The translations under genes and the position numbers were made by a program. From assembly GCF_018398935.1 (NCBI RefSeq), contig NZ_CP074694.1:450001-482000 (forward strand): 32,000 nucleotides of DNA, read 5' to 3'. Of the stretch, positions 16,244-25,228 are shown in pieces; the stretch's first letter is position 1; each line of letters begins with the position of its first letter. The DNA is from Telmatocola sphagniphila (GTDB taxonomy: Bacteria > Planctomycetota > Planctomycetia > Gemmatales > Gemmataceae). The notes beneath the pieces are model-generated. The model ran no database searches, was not told where the DNA came from, and worked only from the letters and a program-made list of their open reading frames with translations.

Positions 16244-17725
16244 ATGAAAGTAACATTGCCGAAAAATCGATTTAGCCGTTACTCCCTATATTTGTTGGCG
16301 GTTGTACTTTTCTTCATTTCAGCACTCTTTCTTTATCGTGAGAAAATCGCTCGCGATTCGGCTTTGGAATTAGCTGAGATTACTGAAGAGTTGAGTAAGG
16401 AAGATCCCGATTGGACTTGGGAAGCTTATCTTAAAAAACGGAACGATTCGTCGGAGGATAAGAACAGCTATTTACTGATCAAAAAAATTCTCGATTTGTC
16501 CACTCCCCGTCCATCGGTACCTTATATTACGCGCGAACCAGATCTCTCGAATTGGAGGATACTACCTGAAGGCATGCCATTTGAAATAGCCGATTGGGCA
16601 GCACAATTCGTTGCTGATAGGCATGAGCGGATTCTTATTTCGCGGCAACTAGCCAATTTTTCTCCTATGAGTCGGGATTTCTGGGCGGACGATCCTCTCC
16701 AAATCAACTCTACTTTGTTGGAGGATATTCGAAGCATTGCTACCGATCTGATGTGGGATGTGCGAGTTCAGTCCCAGCTGAATCGATTCGACCTTTGTTT
16801 TCGAGATATTCAAGCGTTTCGAAGAATTGCCTCGTCTTTTGGGCAAGAAAATGTGCTAGCATTTTTACTTCAAACAGAAGTTGCAAATATCACCACTGAG
16901 TCAATTCAGCAAATGCTTTCCCAGGGAGTAGCCAAATCGACCGACCTTGAATTTATGCAAAGTGAGATCGAGGAAGATAGTCGACAACCGATACTAAAAA
17001 AAGCCCTGCTCAACGAAAGGGCAAGGTGTTTTGTGCTTATGCAGCGAGCTATCCAATCGGACCGACTGAAGGAGCTAATGCTATCGCCGATTGCGATCTC
17101 GAATCCAGATATGAGTACTTCAAAACGTCAGCTGGCAGCTTTTTTTCTGGCATGGCGATATTCGCCTTACCCTCAGGCAGATCAAGCTTTCATGCTACGA
17201 AAAAGAACTGAACAAATCAAAATGTTAGATCAACCTGTCAATGAATTGCATCTATATATTCAAAAAGATAAGCAGGAACTAGATGAATTTTTGAAGTCAC
17301 CACCCCAAGCAAAAAACGTTCTTTCACGCCTGGACTTAGCTAAATTAGCTTTCTTTATTGATAATTATTTCTTTTTTAAGGCACTTCTTCGATCTACCAC
17401 CTGTGGCGTAGCTGCCGAACGATTTCGCATCGCTTACAAACGTTGGCCCAAGAATCTCGAAGAACTTGTGCCGCAATTCCTCAAAAAGATCGAAGAAGAT
17501 CCTTATACAAGCAAACCTCTTCTCTTCAAGCGATTCGATGATGGGATCGCGATTTACTCCGTGGGTATGGATCTTAAGGACGATGGCGGTGATGTCGTGA
17601 GAAAGGTTTTAGATCGCTCCAAACGCGGTGAGTATCAATATAGCCGTCATAAAGATTGGGGTATCCGCTTGTGGGATGTCGAAAAACGCGGGAAAACTAT
17701 ACCACCGGAACCTTTTAAGCCTTAG
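16244..17725 (+). CDS. N-terminally membrane-anchored helical protein with a pseudopilin(GspG)-like C-terminal motif
   Basis: 493 aa. TM anchor: YSLYLLAVVLFFISALFLY. The C-terminus DPYTSKPLLFKRFDDGIAIYSVGMDLKDDGGD resembles the DPW/F-G-x-P-Y ... YS-x-G-x-DG-x-D-x-GG tail of type II secretion major pseudopilins. The rest is unrecognised. Confidence 0.65.
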   Translation: MKVTLPKNRFSRYSLYLLAVVLFFISALFLYREKIARDSALELAEITEELSKEDPDWTWEAYLKKRNDSSEDKNSYLLIKKILDLSTPRPSVPYITREPDLSNWRILPEGMPFEIADWAAQFVADRHERILISRQLANFSPMSRDFWADDPLQINSTLLEDIRSIATDLMWDVRVQSQLNRFDLCFRDIQAFRRIASSFGQENVLAFLLQTEVANITTESIQQMLSQGVAKSTDLEFMQSEIEEDSRQPILKKALLNERARCFVLMQRAIQSDRLKELMLSPIAISNPDMSTSKRQLAAFFLAWRYSPYPQADQAFMLRKRTEQIKMLDQPVNELHLYIQKDKQELDEFLKSPPQAKNVLSRLDLAKLAFFIDNYFFFKALLRSTTCGVAAERFRIAYKRWPKNLEELVPQFLKKIEEDPYTSKPLLFKRFDDGIAIYSVGMDLKDDGGDVVRKVLDRSKRGEYQYSRHKDWGIRLWDVEKRGKTIPPEPFKP

Positions 17726-17842
17726 TTCAGCGTAGATTCTGGACTCTGCGATCCCAAATCAGTGCAAAGGCAGATTCTATTATCTAGTTGCCAAAAGATC
17801 GTCTAAAACAGGTCGAAAGCGACGTACAGAAGGAGACTCTCG

Positions 17843-19111
17843 ATGCTCCGTTTTGGTTTTGCTCTCACCGTATTTTTCATATTATCCCTATCCGGATTCG
17901 CTCAGCACAAGAATGGAAGACTGGACGAATTGCCCAGCCAACCAGGTCCGCATATCGAGAAAATCAAGTCTCTGGGCGACAACGAATGGCTGAAGCTGGG
18001 TGCGCCCGCCGCAGATCCGAAATGGGGAAAAGCTCGGGGTAGTTCGTGGGGAGCCAAAGCCATGATCCTAGCAGCCGATAAGCGTGGAGCCTTCCTCTTC
18101 GGAGAAGGAGTTCACGCCTTTGTTAAGCCCGATGGTCACATAATGGACGACTTGTGGTTCTACGACATCAATTCCCATGCTTGGATTTGCCTCTACCCCG
18201 GAACGGACACGACGACCTTCACGCAGCGGGTCAAGGACAAGCAGCTGGTTATTGCAGAGGATGGGCAGTTGATCGACGGCGACAAACAGCCCATTCCTCT
18301 GCATACGCTGGTTCATGCCTGGAGCTATCTCACTTATGACTCAGATAGGAAGAAATTCGCTTTTCTTAGCTGGAATGGCAATGGATCACAGATTCCCAGA
18401 TACTTTCTCGGCGGCGAGAAGCAGATGGACGTAGGACTGAAACTGCTTGAAGAGCAACTGAGGGACAAAAAGAAAGCGGTCTTTTCCCCGTGGTTCTACG
18501 ACGTGGCGAGGGGTAAATTCGAGCGATCCCTGGCGAATATTTCGACACCCATCAACGCTGGAGGGTTCCCTCAGTTCCACTATATTCCTGCCAAAAAGCA
18601 ATTCTTCGCTGTAGGTTCCGACACCGTAACGATTTTCGATCCAGCCAAAAACCAATGGATCGATGCGAAACCGAAAGGTCCTGCACCCAAAGGGTATGAC
18701 GCCTGTGGTTGCTACGATTCCAAGCGAAACCGGGTCTATCGAAATGACGGGGATGGATCAAAAGGGGAAGGACTCATGGCGTATGACATTGAGAGCAATA
18801 CCTGGAGCCACTTGAAACCCTCGGGAAAAGCTCCGGGAGCCTCCAACACCAATGCGGCGTTTTATGAGTACGATGCTCGCCTCGACATCGTGGTGGCAAT
18901 CCATTTCAGAGGAGCAACTACGGGAATTTTTGTGTACGATCCTAAAAGCAATTCCTGGGCTGATCCAATTCCGTTCTCGGCAAATAGCCCCTCCAAGTTT
19001 CAATTTGCAGCCAACACCTTTTACGACATGGAATTGAACGCCTATTTCTGCCACGTCGCAGGCGATAGCAGAGACAATGGCGTAATGTGGGTCTATCGCT
19101 ACCAGAAATGA
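17843..19111 (+). CDS. secreted Kelch-like beta-propeller protein
   Basis: 422 aa. Signal peptide MLRFGFALTVFFILSLSGFAQ; aaggag RBS at 17829-17834. Repeated blade motifs: LWFYDINSHAW, VTIFDPAKNQW, LMAYDIESNTW, IFVYDPKSNSW. Confidence 0.65.
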   Translation: MLRFGFALTVFFILSLSGFAQHKNGRLDELPSQPGPHIEKIKSLGDNEWLKLGAPAADPKWGKARGSSWGAKAMILAADKRGAFLFGEGVHAFVKPDGHIMDDLWFYDINSHAWICLYPGTDTTTFTQRVKDKQLVIAEDGQLIDGDKQPIPLHTLVHAWSYLTYDSDRKKFAFLSWNGNGSQIPRYFLGGEKQMDVGLKLLEEQLRDKKKAVFSPWFYDVARGKFERSLANISTPINAGGFPQFHYIPAKKQFFAVGSDTVTIFDPAKNQWIDAKPKGPAPKGYDACGCYDSKRNRVYRNDGDGSKGEGLMAYDIESNTWSHLKPSGKAPGASNTNAAFYEYDARLDIVVAIHFRGATTGIFVYDPKSNSWADPIPFSANSPSKFQFAANTFYDMELNAYFCHVAGDSRDNGVMWVYRYQK

Positions 19112-19207
19112 TGAAGGTGCAACGAGCTTATGGGAGCCGGATGCTTACTTTTGCTAAATCTTCCGTAATTTTGCAACATTGTGGAATTAAGGAGTGTCCA
19201 CTGTGAT

Positions 19208-19483
19208 TCAGGAGGAAATTGAATTGTGCCAATCTCGACCACACGAGAAGCATTGTTTAGCTTTCTCGCTGGCAAGCGGAATGCCGCAAAAAAGACACGG
19301 GGGACTATTACGGAGAATCGAAATTGGAATCTCCTTGGCAATAATATGTACGGCATCAAGTGCATCTTTTAAAGAACACTCGCAAATATCCCTGTAACGA
19401 ATGATAGCATTAACAACATTTCCAGTAGCAATCAATTTACAAAGTGCTTTCCGAAATTCCGAAGTAGGCTCACGCTCGCTCAT
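19208..19483 (-). CDS. small protein: L7/L12-C-terminal-like segment + C-terminal CxxC...CxxC zinc ribbon
   Basis: 91 aa. LIATGNVVNAIIRYRDICECSLKDALDAV resembles the G-x-K-I-x-AIK-x-x-R-E-x-TG-x-x-LKEAKD-x-V motif. It is followed by CLFCG...CFSCG. Confidence 0.45.
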   Translation of the reverse strand: MSEREPTSEFRKALCKLIATGNVVNAIIRYRDICECSLKDALDAVHIIAKEIPISILRNSPPCLFCGIPLASEKAKQCFSCGRDWHNSISS

Positions 19484-19528
19484 AATTATCAGTCTACCCC
19501 GAATTGAACTAGAACGAGAGGCTTTCCC

Positions 19529-19765
19529 TTAACTCCTTACATCACCAGAATCAGAACTCAGAACCGAATCGAACAAATTCCTAAAAAATGATCTGCTCTG
19601 ATAAGGATACTCGTTCTCGAAAGTTTCGACGTCCTCCCAGAACCAATCCTCGTCAAATTGCTTGAAATCCTCCGCTGAAAATCTCGCTAAATTGTGAAAC
19701 AGATCAGCCACTACTCCTGCTGCTCGAAAACGCTGAAAATAAGAACGCCAGTGAAATGGGTTCAT
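19529..19765 (-). CDS. hypothetical small acidic protein
   Basis: 78-aa ORF, no motif recognised. Confidence 0.4.
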   Translation of the reverse strand: MNPFHWRSYFQRFRAAGVVADLFHNLARFSAEDFKQFDEDWFWEDVETFENEYPYQSRSFFRNLFDSVLSSDSGDVRS

Positions 19766-19906
19766 CAGGCAGAGAAAACCTGAAGGAATCTCCTATTCGA
19801 GGAATCTGATCTCAAGCATACCCTGATAGAGAAGATAGCGGTATGCCCTTTTTCGTTTTTCATCCATTCGATGCGTTTCCCTTTCCCTGCAAGTCGGTTA
19901 GCCGCC

Positions 19907-20341
19907 TCATTTTTCCGTTGGGAAATCCAATCTCATTCTCGCTCGATACTCCTCTGGGGATGTCAGAGATTCTAACTTTCTCATCGCTTTCCAAAAAGGT
20001 GTAACGATAGATTTCACATTGCCTTTCGTTGAAAAGACAGCAAGAACCTCTCCTGGTCTCCTGAGACGGCTTGCATCTGAATAAATGTCGAGCGAAATCA
20101 GATCTGTTTCTTCATTCCGAGTGAATTTGAAACGGAAAACAGTGGGTTCCGTATATGCTATCGCAACAGATTCCACTCTTTGAGTCACGAGGAGCAAAGC
20201 CGTCAAAAGTTCATCAAGAAAATCGTTCGGCGTATATGAAATATCTATGGAGAGGTGGGAATCGTTTGTCTCGATTTTCATAGATAGCCATCCATGATTT
20301 GGTACGGGGAAGTTTACCTTTAGCATTTCGGAACTGCGCAT
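19907..20341 (-). CDS. hypothetical protein
   Basis: 144-aa ORF, no motif recognised. Confidence 0.5.
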   Translation of the reverse strand: MRSSEMLKVNFPVPNHGWLSMKIETNDSHLSIDISYTPNDFLDELLTALLLVTQRVESVAIAYTEPTVFRFKFTRNEETDLISLDIYSDASRLRRPGEVLAVFSTKGNVKSIVTPFWKAMRKLESLTSPEEYRARMRLDFPTEK

Positions 20342-20434
20342 CGTCTACCGAACCATTTTTTCAAAACGCTGTGAGACTTTCAAAGGAATTTCTGCCAGTA
20401 TCACCTTGCAGGAACTTCTGAAATATTTCCAATC

Positions 20435-20462
20435 TTGACAGGAATCTCTCTTACGTTATTTT
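20435..20462 (+). promoter_or_regulatory. possible sigma70-like promoter (TTGACA-16 nt-TATTTT) for 20513..21013
   Basis: ttgaca at 20435-20440 and tatttt at 20457-20462, about 50 nt upstream of the ATG. Promoter consensus in this lineage is unknown to me. Confidence 0.25.
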
Positions 20463-20512
20463 CGCTTAAAAACGAGAAGTAAATCCCAAAAGATTGATTA
20501 GGAATTTCTTGC

Positions 20513-21013
20513 ATGAACGCCCTCAAAATCAAGATCTATCAATCTCTGAAAATCGTTATCATGACCATTCTGATGATTCCGCTGTCTGGTTGTGTACTTG
20601 CTCCTATTCCCAACTCACGCGTTGAGGGCTTCGCCGTCCAATCGCGTCTGTTGGATGCCGAAACGAAACAGCCAATACCAAATGCCAAAATTATCGCAGT
20701 CGATGGAGATACTTCGATCACAGATAGCGACGGTCGATTCGAGTTGAAAAAGCACACTCAACAACATTACGGATTTTTGCTTGGGGTAATCAGTTATCCT
20801 GTTTTGCCGTTCACAACGGATTTAGTTTCACGTTCGAGAGCGTTCCGCGTGAATGCAGTCGGCTATCCTCAGCAGTCCTTCCTGGTTAAAGAAGAAGAGG
20901 AAGGAATTGAGTTCTCCAAGGATGACCCGTTTTTGCTAATTAAGTCTGAATTGCTTTTGAAGAAGAAAGTCATTTCTAATTTGCAAAGTGATGGCGCCAA
21001 AATTGGGCAATAA
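20513..21013 (+). CDS. lipoprotein with carboxypeptidase-regulatory-like (CarboxypepD_reg) domain
   Basis: 166 aa. Lipobox: MTILMIPLSGC. GFAVQSRLLDAETKQPIPNAKIIAVDGDTSITDSDGRFEL fits the CarboxypepD_reg pattern. Confidence 0.55.
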   Translation: MNALKIKIYQSLKIVIMTILMIPLSGCVLAPIPNSRVEGFAVQSRLLDAETKQPIPNAKIIAVDGDTSITDSDGRFELKKHTQQHYGFLLGVISYPVLPFTTDLVSRSRAFRVNAVGYPQQSFLVKEEEEGIEFSKDDPFLLIKSELLLKKKVISNLQSDGAKIGQ

Positions 21014-21940
21014 GTCGCTGATAGTAATCCTGTCGTACTCGAAATATTTCCGCAAAGATACCAATATCCGTTGCTTTTGCTTCACACAGAGCAAGATCGG
21101 GTTATCGAGATCGATATCTTCGGGCACCAAGAGGTGACACATTTCTCCGGGACGCATCCCCGTCAACATAAGCGTGAGAAAAATCGGAAATTGCCAGTGA
21201 TCGCATTTTTGCAAAAAGGCCCGCTCTTCCTGAGGCTTGAATAGTTCAATGGACCGAAAGCTCTCGATCGGAATTCGATCGATATTCAATACCTGAAAAG
21301 GGTTCTCTGCGTAGGGGCTTAAGTATCGCCGTTTCTTCGCGTAGCCAAACAATGTCCTGCAAGTTTCGAGAACGTAGATTAAGCCGCTATCGAGCAATGC
21401 TCGCTTAATTGTATTTTCGTGACCGTTAGGGGAAACGCGAATCGACCTCAAGTACGTGGCAAATTCTTCGGCATGGGACGGGGTGAACTGGGCGATAGTC
21501 TTAACGGGTCTTTGCTGAAGAAACCGGATCAAATGATCTGTTGCAGCACGGTAACGATTGATGGTGTTGAGGGAAGAGCGAGAAACGTGCTCGTGATGTT
21601 CGAGCCATTGTTGCCTGGTTTTTTCGATGGTCGCATTCTCAAAGCTCAAGGCGGCGGGAGCTCCGACATCTAACTGGGAGTTGATCTGCGAAGCGAGCTG
21701 GCGGGCGGCGTTCCTATCCGGTCCAACCCGGGGTCGATGTCGACACCCCTGTTCGACGTAGCAAATACCAAATTTTTCCCCGACGATACCCATGTACTTT
21801 ACCGATTCGAAACTCTTTCGACATAGTCGCCTCAGAGATTTCTCCTGCCACAAAACGCCACAAAAACTGCCACAAACGGGGTTTTTTGAAGACGAGGAAA
21901 AGTCGTAAACTGTTTTGAAATCTAGACTTACGTCAATCAA
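20936..21940 (-). pseudogene. tyrosine recombinase (phage-type integrase), C-terminally truncated
   Basis: The probable start is Met50 at 21793 (MGIVGEKFGICYVEQG.RHRPRVGPDRNAARQLA is arm-binding-like). A core-binding region follows (NTINRYRAATDHLIRFL ... FTPSHAEEFATYL), then box I (FLTLMLTGMRPGEMCHLLVPEDIDLD) with the first catalytic Arg. Only about 60 codons remain after it, with no H-x-x-R or catalytic Tyr region. The ORF tail overlaps the convergent lipoprotein gene. Confidence 0.65.
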
Positions 21941-21953
21941 TGAAATGAAAAAG

Positions 21954-22040
21954 CGGAGAGAGGGAGATTCGAACTCCCGTTACGGTTACCCGTAAACAGC
22001 ATTTCCAGTGCTGCACCTTCGGCCTCTCGGTCACCTCTCC
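21954..22040 (-). tRNA. tRNA-Ser (anticodon GGA), type II with long variable arm
   Basis: Hand-folded. Acceptor GGAGAGG/TCTCTCC (one G-U). D arm ACC-GAGAGGCCGAA-GGT. Anticodon arm CAGCA-CTGGAAA-TGCTG. Variable arm TTACGG-GTAA-CCGTAA. T arm GGGAG-TTCGAAT-CTCCC. Discriminator G. 87 nt, CCA not encoded. Confidence 0.9.
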
Positions 22041-22158
22041 GGATAGAAAATCCTATGATGATTCTTCATATACGTCAATCAGCCTTGCCCAGGCATTCTG
22101 GCAATTCCCCTCGCGATACCGGAATAGACTGCCCGACAGGATCAAAAGTTCGGCTATT

Positions 22159-23244
22159 TCAGACCAGATCAATCGTATGATAGCTCAATCGTTCGTATCC
22201 CGAAGCAGTAATCAGGTAATTATGCTCGATGCGGACGCCGCCGACATTGTCCACATAAAGCCCCGGTTCCAAAGTTACCACATCCCCGGCAATCAACGTT
22301 TCATCGGCTTTTTCGACGAAAAACGGGGCTTCCGGGTGCTGTAAACCCAACCCATGCCCGGCATGATGTGGAAAATTTCCAGCCAGTTTCGCCGTTTCGA
22401 AAACTCCACGCACGGCGTCATAAACCGCTTTGCAGGATTGGCCCGCTTTCAACATTCCTTCCCCGGCCGCCATGGCGGCTTTGGAGAGATCCATCAGGTT
22501 CTGCTGAGCGGGGGTCGGTTTGCCCCCAACCACAAGCGTATTGGTGAAATCGCTGCGATAGCCGAACAAAACGCAGGAATAATCGAGGATGAGAGTCTCG
22601 CCGTCCTGCAAAATATGATCGGTCGGCGGGCCGCCGCGCTTGCTGGAACCCGGCGAGACTGTGAAATCGCCATAAACGATGACTGGCTGACGAGCGGCCT
22701 CGGCCGTCGCCACGAAAATTCCCTCGTACACCTGCAGTTCGCTCATTCCTGCTTTTACATTGGTTCGAGCCCAGGCTTGGCCCGCCTCGCCCAGTCGCAT
22801 GCACTTTTTCAGGAGTTCGATCTCATCGGCATATTTGGCTCGTCGCATCTCTCCAACGGTTGTTAGAACCCGAGTGCAGGCCGGATCGCCGAGACTATCG
22901 TGAATCCGGCCGCCGAATTTGACGACGGTTTCGCGAAGAATGAGTCGGCGTGGACCTTGGCCGGCGCTTTTGCCGTCGTACCAGATGATCGGGGTGCGCT
23001 GTTCGACACAGGCTTCATTGACCGATTTGGGGAGACGGTGGTCGTGAAACAACTGGGCCGTGCCATCGTTTTCGATGACCAGAATACCGCCGAAGTCAGC
23101 TCCCAGGCTGAAGGGATCGACCGAAAAATTCGCCAAGTAACGCAAATTGATAGGATCGCTGAGGACCAGCGGTCCGGTATGCGTCTCTTTCAGGAGTTCC
23201 ATCAGTTTCTTACGGCGGGCCAGGCAGAGGTCTTTGGTGAGCAT
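22159..23244 (-). CDS. M24-family metallopeptidase (Xaa-Pro aminopeptidase/dipeptidase-like)
   Basis: 361 aa. Motifs: LILDYSCVLFGYRSDFTNT, HHAGHGLGLQHPEAPF, GDVVTLEPGLY, GGVRIEHNYLIT (pita-bread metal-ligand motifs). Confidence 0.85.
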   Translation of the reverse strand: MLTKDLCLARRKKLMELLKETHTGPLVLSDPINLRYLANFSVDPFSLGADFGGILVIENDGTAQLFHDHRLPKSVNEACVEQRTPIIWYDGKSAGQGPRRLILRETVVKFGGRIHDSLGDPACTRVLTTVGEMRRAKYADEIELLKKCMRLGEAGQAWARTNVKAGMSELQVYEGIFVATAEAARQPVIVYGDFTVSPGSSKRGGPPTDHILQDGETLILDYSCVLFGYRSDFTNTLVVGGKPTPAQQNLMDLSKAAMAAGEGMLKAGQSCKAVYDAVRGVFETAKLAGNFPHHAGHGLGLQHPEAPFFVEKADETLIAGDVVTLEPGLYVDNVGGVRIEHNYLITASGYERLSYHTIDLV

Positions 23245-23324
23245 GAGTTAAGTCTCTCGCGAACTTGGCGGTTTTGTAAGATAGCCTCTTCGAATTGTAC
23301 GATCCTGCTGAAACTCAAGCGACA

Positions 23325-24035
23325 ATGACTCAAGAACTGTTGGATAAACGGGAAGAGCGGATTCGCCGGATGTTTGGTGAAATCGCTCCCTGGTACGATT
23401 TTCTCAATCATTTCCTCAGTCTGAACATCGATAAACGCTGGAGAAGGAAAACGACTCGCCGAGTTCCCGTGAAGGAAGGCCCGTTGTTGGATCTCTGCAC
23501 GGGGACAGGGGATCTGGCTTTAACCTATCGCAACAGTACCGTAAAGCCTGTGCATATTGTCGGGACCGATCTCTGCGCCGAAATGCTGGTCCGGGCCCAG
23601 GTGAAAGCGGCGAAAAATCGGGCGAATATCGACTTTATCGAGGCCGATTCGCAGCATTTGCCTTTCCCGGATAACACATTTGAGGTGACAACGGTCTCCT
23701 TCGGTCTGCGGAACATTACCGATCCGCATCAAGGACTTGCCGAGATGGTTCGGGTGACGAAACCGGGTGGAAAGGTGGCCGTGTTGGAATTTTCCAAACC
23801 GAGGAATCGGTTGCTCGGGGGAATTTACAGTTTCTATTTTCGACGAATTCTTCCGAAGATTGGGCAGTGGTTGTCGAAAAGCCGGGATAATGCTTATTCT
23901 TATCTTCCTGCAAGTGTCCTTCAGTTTCCGGATGGTAAAGATCTGGTTGCCTGGATGGAAAAAGCGGGTTTGAAGTCGGTCACTTTTGAGCCGCTGACCT
24001 TCGGGGTGGCAACGCTCTACATCGGCCAAAAATAA
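23325..24035 (+). CDS. ubiE: demethylmenaquinone/ubiquinone C-methyltransferase (UbiE/MenG)
   Basis: Motifs: RRMFGEIAPWYDFLNHFLSLNIDKRWRR, LDLCTGTGDLA (SAM motif I), ADSQHLPFPDNTFEVTTVSFGLRN, VTKPGGKVAVLEFSKP, SYLPASVLQFP. The track ORF starts at TTG 23295; I prefer the in-frame ATG at 23325. Confidence 0.85.
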   Translation: MTQELLDKREERIRRMFGEIAPWYDFLNHFLSLNIDKRWRRKTTRRVPVKEGPLLDLCTGTGDLALTYRNSTVKPVHIVGTDLCAEMLVRAQVKAAKNRANIDFIEADSQHLPFPDNTFEVTTVSFGLRNITDPHQGLAEMVRVTKPGGKVAVLEFSKPRNRLLGGIYSFYFRRILPKIGQWLSKSRDNAYSYLPASVLQFPDGKDLVAWMEKAGLKSVTFEPLTFGVATLYIGQK

Positions 24036-24241
24036 GGATTGTTTCGGCGCGAAATTAGGGTTAAGCGATGTACCCAGGACTTTTCTGAACCCTGAAAACC
24101 GCATTTTTGGGGGAAAGCGCCGCTCTGAAAGAGGTTTGCCGCTCAGGAATTTGAACCAAGTCAAATATCCCCCCGTATAACAATTCAACGAGCATCCGTA
24201 GCCATGGTGCGGACATTTCCGCCGCTGGGAGACATTTCAAG

Positions 24242-25147
24242 ATGTCGCAAGATTTGGTCGTTCAGACCCGCAATTTGACGAAAGTTTACCGAGACTTCTG
24301 GGGTCGAAAGAAAAAGATCGCATTGAATGCGCTCGATTTCGACATCCGTCGAGGGGAAATTTTCGGGCTGCTGGGACCAAACGGTTCGGGCAAAACCACG
24401 ACCATCAAACTACTGTTGGGTCTTCTGTTCCCGACGAGTGGTGAGGCGACCGTCTTCGGCGAACCGGCCGGGGATGTCAAGAAAAACGAAAAGATCGGCT
24501 ACCTGCCGGAAGAATCGTACCTCTACCGCTTTTTGAACGCGGAAGAGACGCTCGACTTCTACGGTCGATTGTTCGAGATTCCGCCCGATGTCCGCCGTCG
24601 CCGAGCAGGTGAACTGATCGAGATGGTCGGTCTGGAAAAAGACAAGAAGCGCATTCTTCGTGAATATTCGAAGGGGATGCGTCAGCGTATCGGTTTGGCG
24701 CAGGCTCTCATCAATGATCCGGAACTGGTCATTCTCGACGAGCCGACTTCGGGTCTCGACCCGTTGGGTACCCGCTGGATGAAGGACCTGATTCTGGACC
24801 TTAAGAAGCGGGGTAAGACCGTTCTGATGTGTAGCCACCGCTTGGACGATGTGCAGGACGTTTGCGAGCGAATCGCCATTCTTTACAACGGCGACCTGCA
24901 GACGCTGGGTAACGTCAGCACCCTGCTCGAAGATGCGGCCCGCGTTGAAGTTCGGGCGACCGATCTCCGTCTGACCGACGAAATTCGCCGCGATCTGGAG
25001 CAGGTAATTGCCAAGCATGGTGGCAAGCTCGAAACCGTCGGCCATCCGACCACGACCTTGGAAGACCTGTTCCTTCGAATCGTCGAAGAGTCGAAGAATC
25101 GACCGGGCCGGCGTTATACCGGCTCGGAAGGTGGCGGAAAATTCTAG
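24242..25147 (+). CDS. ABC transporter ATP-binding protein (ABC-2 type)
   Basis: Walker [13 protein letters not shown], signature [12 protein letters not shown], Walker [14 protein letters not shown]-loop MCSHRL. Confidence 0.9.
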   Translation: MSQDLVVQTRNLTKVYRDFWGRKKKIALNALDFDIRRGEIFGLLGPNGSGKTTTIKLLLGLLFPTSGEATVFGEPAGDVKKNEKIGYLPEESYLYRFLNAEETLDFYGRLFEIPPDVRRRRAGELIEMVGLEKDKKRILREYSKGMRQRIGLAQALINDPELVILDEPTSGLDPLGTRWMKDLILDLKKRGKTVLMCSHRLDDVQDVCERIAILYNGDLQTLGNVSTLLEDAARVEVRATDLRLTDEIRRDLEQVIAKHGGKLETVGHPTTTLEDLFLRIVEESKNRPGRRYTGSEGGGKF

Positions 25148-25228
25148 CGTACTGGATCGCCGATTCAGTACGCCCGGACAGCAACCTGGCACGAAACCGA
25201 AACTCACAGCACAACTTCAAGAGCAGAA

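Noticed and set aside
22354-23066. ORFs 22354..22866 (+), 22418..22804 (-, off-frame), 22863..23066 (-, off-frame) and 22900..23328 (+)
   Set aside because: They are shadows of the M24 peptidase gene, which carries the metal-ligand motifs in its own frame.
23520-25220. Long antisense ORFs opposite ubiE and the ABC ATPase (23520..24188, 24410..25207, 24915..25220)
   Set aside because: The sense strands carry textbook SAM-methyltransferase and Walker/signature motifs. The antisense products are Arg/Pro-rich with no motifs. Long antisense ORFs are a common by-product of stop-poor antisense reading in this GC-richer block.
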